NCBI RefSeq assembly: GCF_963506605.1
Contig: NC_083283.1
Span: 22,940,001-23,004,000, forward strand
Source of the DNA: Zootoca vivipara
Taxonomy: Eukaryota
Length of the DNA stretch: 64,000 nucleotides
Reading direction: 5' to 3'
The notes beneath the pieces are model-generated. The model made no database searches and was not told the origin of the DNA. It saw only the letters and a program-made list of their open reading frames with translations. Shown here piece after piece: positions 63,731-64,000 of this stretch. Numbering within the stretch: position 1 is the first letter of the stretch; each line of letters begins with the position of its first letter. The translations under genes were made by a program, and so were the position numbers.

Positions 63731-63995
63731 ACAGATCGTGAAGCTGAGGCTCCAATACTTTGGCCACCTCATGAGAAGAGAAGAATCCTTGGAAAAGACC
63801 CTGATGTTGGGTAAGATTGAGGGCACTAGGAAAAGGGGACGACAGAGGACAAGATGGTTGGACAGTGTTCTCGAAGCTACGAACATGAGTTTGACCAAAC
63901 TGCGGGAGGCAGTCCAAGACAGGAGTGCCTGGCGTGCTATGGTCCATGGGGTCACGAAGAGTCGGACACGACTAAACGACTAAACAACAACAACA
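63731..63995 (+). mobile_element. BovB (RTE) LINE 3' end with (CAA)n tail
   Basis: KLRLQYFGHLMRREESLEKTLMLGKIEGTRKRGRQRTRWLD...HGVTKSRTRLND* followed by (CAA)n. Confidence 0.93.
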
Positions 63996-64000
63996 ATGGC

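Overview
Vertebrate genomic DNA from a squamate reptile, probably a lacertid lizard (inferred from Sauria SINEs, Squam3-like SINEs and BovB). The window covers seven internal coding exons of the Hippo kinase gene STK3/MST2 on the + strand (exons 4-10 by analogy to human; exons 1-3 and the SARAH exon lie outside). The introns are rich in transposable elements. The centrepiece is a very young, full-length 5.8-kb Ty3/Gypsy chromovirus of the Tf1/sushi group (23264-29074) inserted sense into intron 6. It has apparently identical 428-bp LTRs, a GTCTG target-site duplication, a self-priming PBS instead of a tRNA PBS, and a PEG10-like GGGAAAC/pseudoknot -1 frameshift signal. Its integrase carries a cage-degenerate chromodomain, then two tandem acidic (I/V)F-x9-FLGF motifs, then about 100 codons read into the 3' LTR. 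The FLGF motifs closely resemble the TND/LEDGF-IBD-interacting motif of host proteins, suggesting a possibly undescribed integration-tethering system; this is the top hypothesis. Other elements include a Penelope hairpin with a hammerhead ribozyme nested in a CR1, hAT and Mariner MITEs with clean TSDs, L2/CR1 fragments, a DIRS remnant, an internally deleted gamma-like ERV interrupted by BovB, and two assembly gaps. All comparisons were made by eye and no database searches were run.
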